IMG/VR virus record: IMGVR_UViG_3300006127_000021
Coordinates: 1 to 48,049 of that record
Strand: one strand, 5' to 3'
DNA length: 48,049 bases
From: a virus
Taxonomy: Duplodnaviria; Caudoviricetes
Under the pieces are notes generated by a model that saw only the letters and a program-made list of their open reading frames with translations, did no database searches and had not been told where the DNA came from. Below, piece by piece: positions 18,915 to 27,042 of this stretch (position 1 is its first letter; every line of letters begins with the position of its first letter). Position numbers and translations under genes: made by a program.

Positions 18915-19478
18915 TTATATTAATGTTTTTTTATATCCCTCTATTGGGCTTGTATTTAACCAATTAACTAAAGAATATCTTGTACCTGATGTTATATTAT
19001 CTACTCTATGTTCGGTATCGGATAAAAATATATATAAATTCCCTACACCTTTTTCCAATTGAATTATATTGTTGTTATCATCTTTTAATTCTAAATTACC
19101 ACCAACATAATCATCATTCAATTGTATTACCATAGAACACACTCTACTTTTTCCAAATTCGTTTATTGTATAGTCGGTATGCCAATTATAAAAATCCGTA
19201 GGTTTATATTCAGTAAATTGAAATCTATTATTAAATTCCAAAGTATATCCATTAAATTTAAAATCAGATGTTATTATATCTAAAATTCTATTGGTAAGTG
19301 TTGGATATTTTTCATTATAATCAAAGAATGCAACATTTGACTTTCTAATTTTTAAGTTTGGAGTATCACTACCACCAATACGACCAGCTTCTAATTTTAA
19401 GTTTCTTAAAGAAAAGTTTAATATTTCATCACACTCATCTTTTGATAGGAATCCCTTTTCTATTTTGTATCGTAACAT
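18915..19478 (-). CDS. 2OG-Fe(II) oxygenase (P4H/PKHD-like)
   Basis: QFTEY, YNWHTD, QLNDDYVGG, HRVDNITSGTRYSLVNW; C-terminus YKKTLI. Confidence 0.9.
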   Translation of the reverse strand: MLRYKIEKGFLSKDECDEILNFSLRNLKLEAGRIGGSDTPNLKIRKSNVAFFDYNEKYPTLTNRILDIITSDFKFNGYTLEFNNRFQFTEYKPTDFYNWHTDYTINEFGKSRVCSMVIQLNDDYVGGNLELKDDNNNIIQLEKGVGNLYIFLSDTEHRVDNITSGTRYSLVNWLNTSPIEGYKKTLI

Positions 19479-19488
19479 ATTAATTTAT

Positions 19489-19872
19489 CTAATCTTTCTT
19501 TCTCTTTGTATATTTTCTCTTAGGTTTTGGTTGGGGAGGATTATCGATAGCTATGATTAAATCCCTTATACCCACACATTGTTCGTACTCTTCCTTTTGA
19601 ATGAAGTAATCCATCATTCTATTCAATAGTTCCTTATATTCACTCTTATCGATAGTAGCAAACATTTTAGAGTCGGTAAACTTAATAATAGCAACCTCTT
19701 CTAAATTATCCTCAACCGCCTGTTGTATTATTTGTAAAATCCATGGATATAACTTATCACCATTATCAGCTAAGTATTGTTGAACTGCCGGAGAGGCACC
19801 CTCATCAAAATATTTTCTCCAACTTGTTTTAGCGTACATATTTGTAATTTTTAATAACTTATTGGTATCCAT
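19489..19872 (-). CDS. Protein with UVR (UvrB/UvrC)-like coiled coil and basic tail
   Basis: FIQKEEYEQCVGIRDLI; tail KPKRKYTKRK. Confidence 0.65.
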   Translation of the reverse strand: MDTNKLLKITNMYAKTSWRKYFDEGASPAVQQYLADNGDKLYPWILQIIQQAVEDNLEEVAIIKFTDSKMFATIDKSEYKELLNRMMDYFIQKEEYEQCVGIRDLIIAIDNPPQPKPKRKYTKRKKD

Positions 19873-19881
19873 ATATAAATA

Positions 19882-20616
19882 TTAGTTTCTTTTTACATCT
19901 CTCAAATAATCATCCAAATTAGTTACCCTTTGTGTTACTGGCTTTACTACATCAGTTGATGCTGGTAAATTTGCCAATATAACACTTTGAGAAGCATCGT
20001 TTAATTGATATGGTAAGTTAGTATATTTTCCACTAATCCTAACATTGGTTTCATCAAACAAAAATAATATATGTTGTATTACTGCTTCTTCGTTTATTGA
20101 ATCCGGATTGTTATTATTGTAAAATTGAAAATCTAAAGATGTAACGCCGGCTAATTCTAATCTACTACTTACACCGACTGTAGCTGTTGCATTTACTTGT
20201 ATTTGTGAGCCTGATTGAGAACCACTAACTGAACTACTAATTGGAACAGTCGTACCTACATAAGTTATAGTATTGGTTTCTATCTTTGCACCATACTTTC
20301 CTTCTATGTATGCAATTGTTTTAGATAAATCCATTTCTATTGTAACTAAATCATTGACAGTATAGTATGGATTATTTTCGTTATATTCCGTTACTAACCT
20401 ATCAAATAAATGTTGGGGAATATATGTATTACTCCCCAACTTTACTGCGAAATTAATAGATTGAGAAGGACAATTGAATACTTTATAAGTTTCCGTATTA
20501 GGGTCAACTGTCTTTAGTTCTATAAAGTTTTTATCAAACACTCCCTTAAATAAGATTGTATTTGGGTCTTTTCTACTATATGAACCATAATCATTTGTTA
20601 CTTCTCTACTAAACAT
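19882..20616 (-). CDS. Hypothetical protein
   Basis: 244-aa ORF with no recognised motif. Confidence 0.8.
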   Translation of the reverse strand: MFSREVTNDYGSYSRKDPNTILFKGVFDKNFIELKTVDPNTETYKVFNCPSQSINFAVKLGSNTYIPQHLFDRLVTEYNENNPYYTVNDLVTIEMDLSKTIAYIEGKYGAKIETNTITYVGTTVPISSSVSGSQSGSQIQVNATATVGVSSRLELAGVTSLDFQFYNNNNPDSINEEAVIQHILFLFDETNVRISGKYTNLPYQLNDASQSVILANLPASTDVVKPVTQRVTNLDDYLRDVKRN

Positions 20617-20618
20617 TT

Positions 20619-20741
20619 CTATCTTCCTTGACCTCTATACTTCTTAGGTTTAGGGGTGTGTTTGTTATAAGATTTCTGAGCGGAACCTCTTTTTCTAACT
20701 CCGAATGAAACCTTACGATTGTCTGATGATACCTTTGCCAT
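20619..20741 (-). CDS. 40-aa basic protein ending in KKYRGQGR
   Basis: Hand-translated MAKVSSDNRKVSFGVRKRGSAQKSYNKHTPKPKKYRGQGR*; AAGGAG upstream. YRGQG-ending microproteins are widespread in phages. Confidence 0.8.
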   Translation of the reverse strand: MAKVSSDNRKVSFGVRKRGSAQKSYNKHTPKPKKYRGQGR

Positions 20742-20781
20742 AATGTTACTCCTTTTAGGAATAAATATATGGTAACTAGAA

Positions 20782-21060
20782 TTAATCTATCTTTTTAGAA
20801 ATCTCTTTTAATGTATCAAAGTTAGGTACTTGTTCGTTAAACTTCATACCCATAGAAGATAAAATTAATTTAATATCATCAATTGTTTGAACTTTTTCAA
20901 AATCAAATTCATACCATTGTATAGGGTTGTTTACTTCTAATGTTGATTCTGGTTGTGGTTCTTGAATGTTTTCTCCTTCGTCAAATACTTCTTGTGCTAA
21001 CGCATCAATTTCTGGTCCTAACGTTGATTCTAACATTTCTTTTGTTTCTTGATCTGTCAT
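20782..21060 (-). CDS. Hypothetical acidic protein
   Basis: ORF coupled to its neighbour. Confidence 0.75.
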   Translation of the reverse strand: MTDQETKEMLESTLGPEIDALAQEVFDEGENIQEPQPESTLEVNNPIQWYEFDFEKVQTIDDIKLILSSMGMKFNEQVPNFDTLKEISKKID

Positions 21061-21359
21061 TTTTGTTTTGTTTTATCATTTAAATATTTCATTAAATGGG
21101 TTGGGATATATAACCATTGACCAGTTTCAGTTATTTTTACTCCATCTAATCCAACCACTGGATCTGTGTAATATCTAATCTCACCTCTACCACTATACCA
21201 ATCTATTATATGAATATCTTTATCATCACCATATCTAGCTTCTACTCTAAAATCACCATCATTCCAAACACTTGAACACATAGTATAAGGTTTACCTGGA
21301 AATTTTTTGTTCATTTCCTTTTCAACCATATCCCACTTTTCTAATACTATTTTATTCAT
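21057..21359 (-). CDS. Hypothetical protein
   Basis: ATGA overlaps on both sides. Confidence 0.75.
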   Translation of the reverse strand: MNKIVLEKWDMVEKEMNKKFPGKPYTMCSSVWNDGDFRVEARYGDDKDIHIIDWYSGRGEIRYYTDPVVGLDGVKITETGQWLYIPTHLMKYLNDKTKQK

Positions 21360-21751
21360 TTCGTTATCTGTTTAATCATTTCATTAAATTCTTGTCTTTC
21401 AATCTTATCGGCGTTATACATTTCAAACTCATCCTTATCTATACCATTACGAACACATATAACGTGATAATCATTTGCCAATTCGGATTTGAATATATCA
21501 TCCTTTATCTTACTAAAATCCCAATCACTTAAACTATCTCTGAACCTCATTACAAATATAGGTTTAGGATTGTTTACAATATTAGGTGATGTATATAGGG
21601 GTGTTGTAGTTGCACCTGTTATAACTCCGGTTGATGGATAGTATGCAGGATTGTATGTAGTAGTATAATTTGTACCACCTGATATCGTATTCATTCCAGA
21701 TAATCCTGATACTGTTGTTAGTGTTCCTGTTAATAATGTTTTTCTTGCCAT
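21356..21751 (-). CDS. Hypothetical protein with Thr-rich N-terminus
   Basis: ORF coupled to its neighbour. Confidence 0.7.
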   Translation of the reverse strand: MARKTLLTGTLTTVSGLSGMNTISGGTNYTTTYNPAYYPSTGVITGATTTPLYTSPNIVNNPKPIFVMRFRDSLSDWDFSKIKDDIFKSELANDYHVICVRNGIDKDEFEMYNADKIERQEFNEMIKQITK

Positions 21752-21769
21752 AGTTTATAATTTTTAAGT

Positions 21770-21822
21770 GGGGAGGGGTGGAGCGGAATTGGGGTGGGGT
21801 TAAAGTCGTTTTTCTAAATTTT
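21770..21822 (+). repeat. G-tract element plus GTCG-N7-AAATTTT motif
   Basis: GGGGAGGGG...GGGGTGGGG then GTCG(TTTTTCT)AAATTTT; an inverted relative of the elements at 30781 and 34039. Confidence 0.6.
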
Positions 21823-21838
21823 GTAAACACTATATATT

Positions 21839-21925
21839 TTATTTATTATTCCCCTCTAAACACGTCCCACACAATCCATCCTCATTTAACTTAGTTCCGT
21901 GTATAGGACAAATCTCTCTTTCCAT
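21839..21925 (-). CDS. 28-aa putative zinc-ribbon microprotein
   Basis: Hand-translated MEREICPIHGTKLNEDGLCGTCLEGNNK* (CxxH...CxxC). Confidence 0.6.
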   Translation of the reverse strand: MEREICPIHGTKLNEDGLCGTCLEGNNK

Positions 21926-21927
21926 TA

Positions 21928-22020
21928 TTAATCCTCTCTTCCTTTTGTTAATATTGTTATGTGTATGTGTAGTATTAGAATCCATGCAAATACCATTCCG
22001 AATAAAAATGCTCCTATCAT
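21928..22020 (-). CDS. 30-aa hydrophobic microprotein
   Basis: Hand-translated MIGAFLFGMVFAWILILHIHITILTKGRED*; tightly packed with neighbours. Confidence 0.55.
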   Translation of the reverse strand: MIGAFLFGMVFAWILILHIHITILTKGRED

Positions 22021-22021
22021 A

Positions 22022-22960
22022 TTATTTCTTTTTTAATTCTTTTATTTTTCCTTTTGTATATACAGTCTTATCCATTTTCTTTGGTGTAACGGGTGTATCG
22101 GGTTCCCTCCTTACTTGCTTATATAGTGGAGAATTGAAACCACCATCTTCTTTAGATACCTCACCCGTTTCCATATCTACTATATCTTCGGCGAACTTAA
22201 TGGGTTTGTGATTTGCTTTTACTTCCTCACTCCACCTCTCAGCGGCCCTTTTTGCTTTCTCCATTAATTGACGTTGGGTTTCTACTACACTCTTATCATA
22301 CACTTCCTTTGCCTTTACTAAACTTTCTTTAATTGGACCCAAAGCTATTTTATATACTTCCCCTTCCATATCATCTAATTTCTCTTCCATTACATCAAAT
22401 CTTTCATTTAGAATTTGTATAGAACGTTGTATGGAATCCAATACCTCATTCGTTTCACCATCCCAATCAAATGTAGGATGTTCTACGGCAATACCTTTGT
22501 AATCTCTATTAGGAGTTTCCAAAGTATCTTCCCATTCGATTATATCATCCTCATCATTCGTATACTCATCATCTTCTTCGGGTTCGTTTCCCCATTCATT
22601 GCATCCACAATCTTCTTCGTTCTCTTCGTAGTGTAAACCCTCATTACCATTTTGACCAATGATATCCATACGTTGATTATCTTCTTCCCAATTCCATATA
22701 ACGTGTTCCAGGTCCAAATCATCTTCCGTAACGAGAGCATCCTTAACAATTTGATGTTCATCTTCGTATATATCCATTACCTTATCTTTAAAGTAATCGT
22801 TAATGGTGGAGGGTAAATATCCCAAACCGTTTAGTATCGTTATAAAACCATCCATAACTTCATCAATAGAAGTATCACTATGGTCTAATTCGATTGTAAC
22901 GGTTCTACCATATTGTTTTGCCGTAAGTATTGTTGGCGAGTTGAAATCAATTGTATTCAT
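22022..22960 (-). CDS. Hypothetical acidic protein
   Basis: 312-aa ORF with a D/E-rich centre and an RMDIIGQNGNEGLHY segment. Confidence 0.8.
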   Translation of the reverse strand: MNTIDFNSPTILTAKQYGRTVTIELDHSDTSIDEVMDGFITILNGLGYLPSTINDYFKDKVMDIYEDEHQIVKDALVTEDDLDLEHVIWNWEEDNQRMDIIGQNGNEGLHYEENEEDCGCNEWGNEPEEDDEYTNDEDDIIEWEDTLETPNRDYKGIAVEHPTFDWDGETNEVLDSIQRSIQILNERFDVMEEKLDDMEGEVYKIALGPIKESLVKAKEVYDKSVVETQRQLMEKAKRAAERWSEEVKANHKPIKFAEDIVDMETGEVSKEDGGFNSPLYKQVRREPDTPVTPKKMDKTVYTKGKIKELKKK

Positions 22961-23017
22961 ATATCTTTGTTTATTATTATAAAGATACTGAAAAAGAAGT
23001 AAATACCCAAATTTTTA

Positions 23018-23245
23018 TTAGATTATTTTAGTTAGGATAATATCGGCCAAATCCTCTTGTCCCCTTTCCGAAAAATGTAAATCCATTACCTTACCATTTG
23101 TTTCACTTTGTATTGTTTCTAACCCAATCGGTATTTCCCATATTTTAGGTCTATAACCCTTCCATTGAATATAATCCTTTCCCTTTTCAAACGCATTAAT
23201 ATAAGGAGCTGAAAAACTATCACCAAATACCCACAAACGATTCAT
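23018..23245 (-). pseudogene. Internally deleted SGNH-like gene (or mini-protein)
   Basis: 75 aa carrying both the N-terminal FGDSFS and the C-terminal ETNG..MDLHFS; paralogs in this window are 222 and 247 aa. Confidence 0.55.
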
Positions 23246-23250
23246 ATTTT

Positions 23251-23928
23251 TTAAATTATATTTACCTTAGTAGAAATTCCCCACCTATCAACCAACCCCT
23301 TAAGAGCGGCCCTTTCTAACTCTATGGCTTCTAAAAAATTATTAAATAAATCGGGATGCCACTTCTTACACAATTCTATTAATTCATCGGGCCTTAAACC
23401 TCCCTTAATCTTATCATCAAACGTATAGTTCTCCCTTTTATAATCTACATTCAAAAGGGTCTTTATTCTAAAAAATTTACTAAGTTCGGATAAATGTACA
23501 AACCCAACCTCTCCATCATCTACCATACACTCATCTAATATCTTTGAAATGTTTTGCCACATAAAGGGATAGAAGTGTTCATTCTTAACCATTAATATAT
23601 CTAAGTTCTCATTAGTTCCATCCCATATTGTATTCTCTTCCCAAGCCCCCGTAGTTAGAGCTGAAACAAAACAATCATATGGGTCTCTCCAAACAAAAAA
23701 GGTATTAGGGTTTATCAATTCCCTTTTAGTTTTTCTTATTTGTATTGAGGATGTCGTAGTTGGTGATTTGAAAAGAGCCGATTTTAATTCATTGGGGGAG
23801 TGTCCGGAGTAACCATCTTTACTTAAATACCACGCACTTTCCAACCAACGGGTTCCATGCTTAAGTGGTGCCACCATTCTAAATGTATCTTTGAAACCTT
23901 TATATTCGAAAATGTTTATCTCTCCCAT
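23251..23928 (-). CDS. Sulfotransferase-fold-like protein
   Basis: PLKHGTRWL (5'-PSB-like) and VWRDPYDCFVSA (3'-PB-like); start set to ATG 23928. Confidence 0.5.
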   Translation of the reverse strand: MGEINIFEYKGFKDTFRMVAPLKHGTRWLESAWYLSKDGYSGHSPNELKSALFKSPTTTSSIQIRKTKRELINPNTFFVWRDPYDCFVSALTTGAWEENTIWDGTNENLDILMVKNEHFYPFMWQNISKILDECMVDDGEVGFVHLSELSKFFRIKTLLNVDYKRENYTFDDKIKGGLRPDELIELCKKWHPDLFNNFLEAIELERAALKGLVDRWGISTKVNII

Positions 23929-24167
23929 ATTACCTTTATTTATACCAATATATATTACATTATTTATTTTTGTTAAAGTGATACCAGTCACTTACGTTTA
24001 TAGGGTGGTCACCACTTAACTATATAATAATCCTATACGTGAAAATTTTTACCCTCGAATATATGTGTATGTGGCCCGTATATAAATTTTTTTTAATATG
24101 TCGAATTACAAGAAATGGAGAAGTCGGACTTAGTTATGCACACTTGTTGATAAAAAATTTTGGACAT

Positions 24168-24195
24168 AAAAAAACCGAGTGTGGAAACACCCGGT
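24168..24195 (-). terminator. Intrinsic terminator
   Basis: Minus strand ACCGGGTGT-TTCC-ACACTCGGT followed by a U-tract. Confidence 0.8.
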
Positions 24196-24236
24196 CTAAA
24201 AAATAATAAAAAAATCTACCCAACAAATAAAAAATC

Positions 24237-24881
24237 TTATCCTTCAAATTCTGCCTCTAATTCAGCTTTTAATACTTTTGTTTTCTTTGCAGTTCGTATA
24301 GCGTGTTCGTTCATTTTCACTAATACCTCTTGCTCTATGTACTTATTCGCTAATCTATCATTCACAAAGCGTTTTAATACGTTATCCTTATATACTACAC
24401 TATATACGTCTTGTAATAAGCTATCGCTATAATTACTTACTATCTTATATAATTTAGTATATTTGTCTTTAATATTTGTTTTAGCTGAATTTCTTTTTGC
24501 TACCGGCTTTGTTTTCTTTGCCACTACCTTTGTTGCTTTACGTTTAGCAGCTTGTTTCTTAATTACTTTAGCTACCGCCTTTCTTGCACTTCTTAAATTC
24601 TTATTAGTATCAGCTACTTTAATCTTATTCATATACTTTTCTAATTTTTCTTGTAATTCAGTTAATGCTACCAACTTAGCTGTGCTCAAATGATATATAT
24701 CTTCATTAAGAGCAGCGAAATCACATCTCACAAATTGTTTAATGTTCTTAAATTCAAATCCATCTACGAACTCTGCTAATTGCTTTCTATGATTGTGGTT
24801 AATACCATTATACACTATATCATAGATGTTTTTATTGTTATTCACTAGGGTTTTCATTGTTTTTGTAATTGCGTTATTCAT
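24237..24881 (-). CDS. Hypothetical protein with Lys/Ala-rich segment
   Basis: KKQAAKRKATKVVAKKTKPVAKR. Confidence 0.75.
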   Translation of the reverse strand: MNNAITKTMKTLVNNNKNIYDIVYNGINHNHRKQLAEFVDGFEFKNIKQFVRCDFAALNEDIYHLSTAKLVALTELQEKLEKYMNKIKVADTNKNLRSARKAVAKVIKKQAAKRKATKVVAKKTKPVAKRNSAKTNIKDKYTKLYKIVSNYSDSLLQDVYSVVYKDNVLKRFVNDRLANKYIEQEVLVKMNEHAIRTAKKTKVLKAELEAEFEG

Positions 24882-24928
24882 ATGTTAAAATTTATTATTA
24901 AAGAAATTATTTTTGTTACCGGTCCTTA

Positions 24929-25216
24929 TTAGTTCCAATTCATACCACCTAAAATATCAGCACCCCTTTGTGCGTGTATTGTCTTATTCTTATTATCTAC
25001 GATTGTGTTAATACCATCAATCATTGCTGACGTTATCATTATTAGGTCCTCACTACTATTAAACGGACCATCTTCTCTATTGAATATCATTGATAGTGTT
25101 TGCATTGTAGCTTCGACTGTTGCTCGCGGTGTCACGTCACTTTGTACGATTGCACATATTACGCTGAATAATTGTGCCATACATTGTTGTTCCGGTGTTA
25201 ATTCGTTTTGATTCAT
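24929..25216 (-). CDS. Hypothetical protein
   Basis: Start moved to MNQNE (25216) to avoid overlap with the upstream gene. Confidence 0.7.
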   Translation of the reverse strand: MNQNELTPEQQCMAQLFSVICAIVQSDVTPRATVEATMQTLSMIFNREDGPFNSSEDLIMITSAMIDGINTIVDNKNKTIHAQRGADILGGMNWN

Positions 25217-25230
25217 ATTGTTATAATTTA

Positions 25231-25569
25231 TTAGTGTGATGCGATATAAGTTTCTCTTAACATTGATACTTGTCGTCTTAATGTTGGTATATGTAACCAT
25301 CTTCTAAACCCTAATTGAACAAACGCTTCAGCATATGCTTGAACCGCAGTAGGTGTTTTGTCTAATTGTTTAGCAATTACCTTTAATTGTTTACTATCCA
25401 AAGGTATCATTTGAATAACATTATCTGGATAGTAGTGCCATATAGTATGTGCCATATAGATAAACTGATTGCCTAACCACTTATCGCCGTTACCATCGGT
25501 ATATTCCCATTGATTAATTGCTTTATGATTTGCTTTTACTTTGTTAAAAAATTCGTTAGTGTTTTTCAT
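25231..25569 (-). CDS. Hypothetical protein
   Basis: 112-aa co-oriented ORF. Confidence 0.7.
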   Translation of the reverse strand: MKNTNEFFNKVKANHKAINQWEYTDGNGDKWLGNQFIYMAHTIWHYYPDNVIQMIPLDSKQLKVIAKQLDKTPTAVQAYAEAFVQLGFRRWLHIPTLRRQVSMLRETYIASH

Positions 25570-25580
25570 ATTAGTATTTA

Positions 25581-25907
25581 TTAGTGTGTTGAATTTAAAG
25601 TATATAATTTTTGTTGTAAGTATTCGGTTTCTATTTGGTGAGCTAAGGCCTTACCTTTAACTACATCTAATATCCATACATTGTAAACATCCCCGCCATA
25701 CTTTCTCATGTCCTTATGTAGTTTCCATTTACTTTCGCCGGTCTTAGCTTTATACATATGTTTTTGAAAACGGCGATTAGCAGCGTATCGTACCGACTTA
25801 GTATGATAGAATTGCGATAAACTAGTTACTCCAATATAAGAGTCACCAGTTAGACTGTTTTCAATTTCGTATATTAAGTGTTTGCTATCCTTTCTTGTTT
25901 TCTTCAT
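25581..25907 (-). CDS. GIY-YIG nuclease domain protein
   Basis: LIYEIEN..TGDSYIGVTS, RFQKH, conserved E and LN near the C-terminus. Confidence 0.75.
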   Translation of the reverse strand: MKKTRKDSKHLIYEIENSLTGDSYIGVTSLSQFYHTKSVRYAANRRFQKHMYKAKTGESKWKLHKDMRKYGGDVYNVWILDVVKGKALAHQIETEYLQQKLYTLNSTH

Positions 25908-25990
25908 ACATTTGCTTTAAAGTTAATACTATTGTGTAAGTTATAATTGATAAGGCTGATATAACTAATGCCTCAAAAATTGTTATCATA

Positions 25991-26362
25991 TTAGGCGATA
26001 TTCATTAAAAGTATATTGTTAATCTGGTTAGTATTCAAATTCAAATACTGCTTTAATTCACGTTTAACACTAGCCGCCTGTTTTTTATTAGTAGCGTACA
26101 TTGGGTAGTCGTTTAATACCATCTTAATAAAGGTACTTTCACGCTTCAACATACTAAAAAACTCACACGCTTTTTTCATTTCGGGTTTGTTTCTACATAC
26201 TACCTTATGTTGCTTACCCATAAAGTCGGTAAAATAAACAATAGTATTAGGTTTAACAGCCTGACTCATTTTAGTAGCTGAAAAATTAATATACACAGGT
26301 CTCTCATTACGGGCAGTATTATAAGCCACGTCAGTAAATTCGTTTGTCATTTTGTTATTCAT
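25991..26362 (-). CDS. Hypothetical protein
   Basis: 123-aa ORF downstream of a promoter-like intergenic region. Confidence 0.7.
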   Translation of the reverse strand: MNNKMTNEFTDVAYNTARNERPVYINFSATKMSQAVKPNTIVYFTDFMGKQHKVVCRNKPEMKKACEFFSMLKRESTFIKMVLNDYPMYATNKKQAASVKRELKQYLNLNTNQINNILLMNIA

Positions 26363-26476
26363 ATTATAATTTTTTTTAATGTGACTACCTACTCTCCGTT
26401 GGTAATAGTCTAAATTACGACTTTTTTTTGGACTAACAATGGCTTTTTAAAGAAATTTTAGAAATACTTGCTAGAC

Positions 26477-26576
26477 AATCAATGACTTACACATTAAATA
26501 AAAAAATATATGTGTTTTTTGACGCAAGTAACTGATTATCAACGGTTTGTGTAAGTCATTGATTATCAGTATTTTA
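26477..26576. promoter_or_regulatory. Cluster of IHF-consensus sites
   Basis: AATCAATGACTTA (26477), CAAGTAACTGATTATCAACGGTTTG (26525), TAAGTCATTGATTATCAGTATTTTA (26552). Confidence 0.55.
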
Positions 26577-26678
26577 TGTAATTTGGGGTATTTTGGGTGA
26601 ACATATTAGAAAAAATCTAAATATATCACCTTTTTTTAGATATTTTCAATCTCCAGGCGGAGCTTTTTTAAATAATTT

Positions 26679-27038
26679 CTAATAAAACAGGTCTTTCCGG
26701 CATTTGTATTTCAGGTCCGTAGCAATTTTATCGGCTTCATGCTCTAATGGATTGCCGGCATAACCGAATTTTTCATCGTATTCGTAGTATTTTTTCGTGC
26801 TTTGCCTATAATGGACCCATTCGTGTATTATAGTATGTATCATTTCCAGTACTGAAGCATGCTGGTTTTTATATATTGTAATTATATTATCCTCAAAATC
26901 ATACTCACCACAGTCTTCGCCCTTACTATGCCACTCTAATATCGGTAACGTGCTACGCCTGTAATTCAAGCCCACATTGAGTTTGCACCAATTCATAACT
27001 CTAATGGCGTGATGTCTCTTAAATTCTTTTATATTCAT
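26679..27038 (-). CDS. Zincin-like metallopeptidase domain protein
   Basis: GEY, TIIHEWVHYRQ (HExxH), PLEHEA. Confidence 0.75.
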   Translation of the reverse strand: MNIKEFKRHHAIRVMNWCKLNVGLNYRRSTLPILEWHSKGEDCGEYDFEDNIITIYKNQHASVLEMIHTIIHEWVHYRQSTKKYYEYDEKFGYAGNPLEHEADKIATDLKYKCRKDLFY

Positions 27039-27042
27039 AATT

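Noticed and set aside
25581-25907. Intron-encoded homing endonuclease
   Set aside because: Free-standing short GIY-YIG gene with no interrupted host gene around it.
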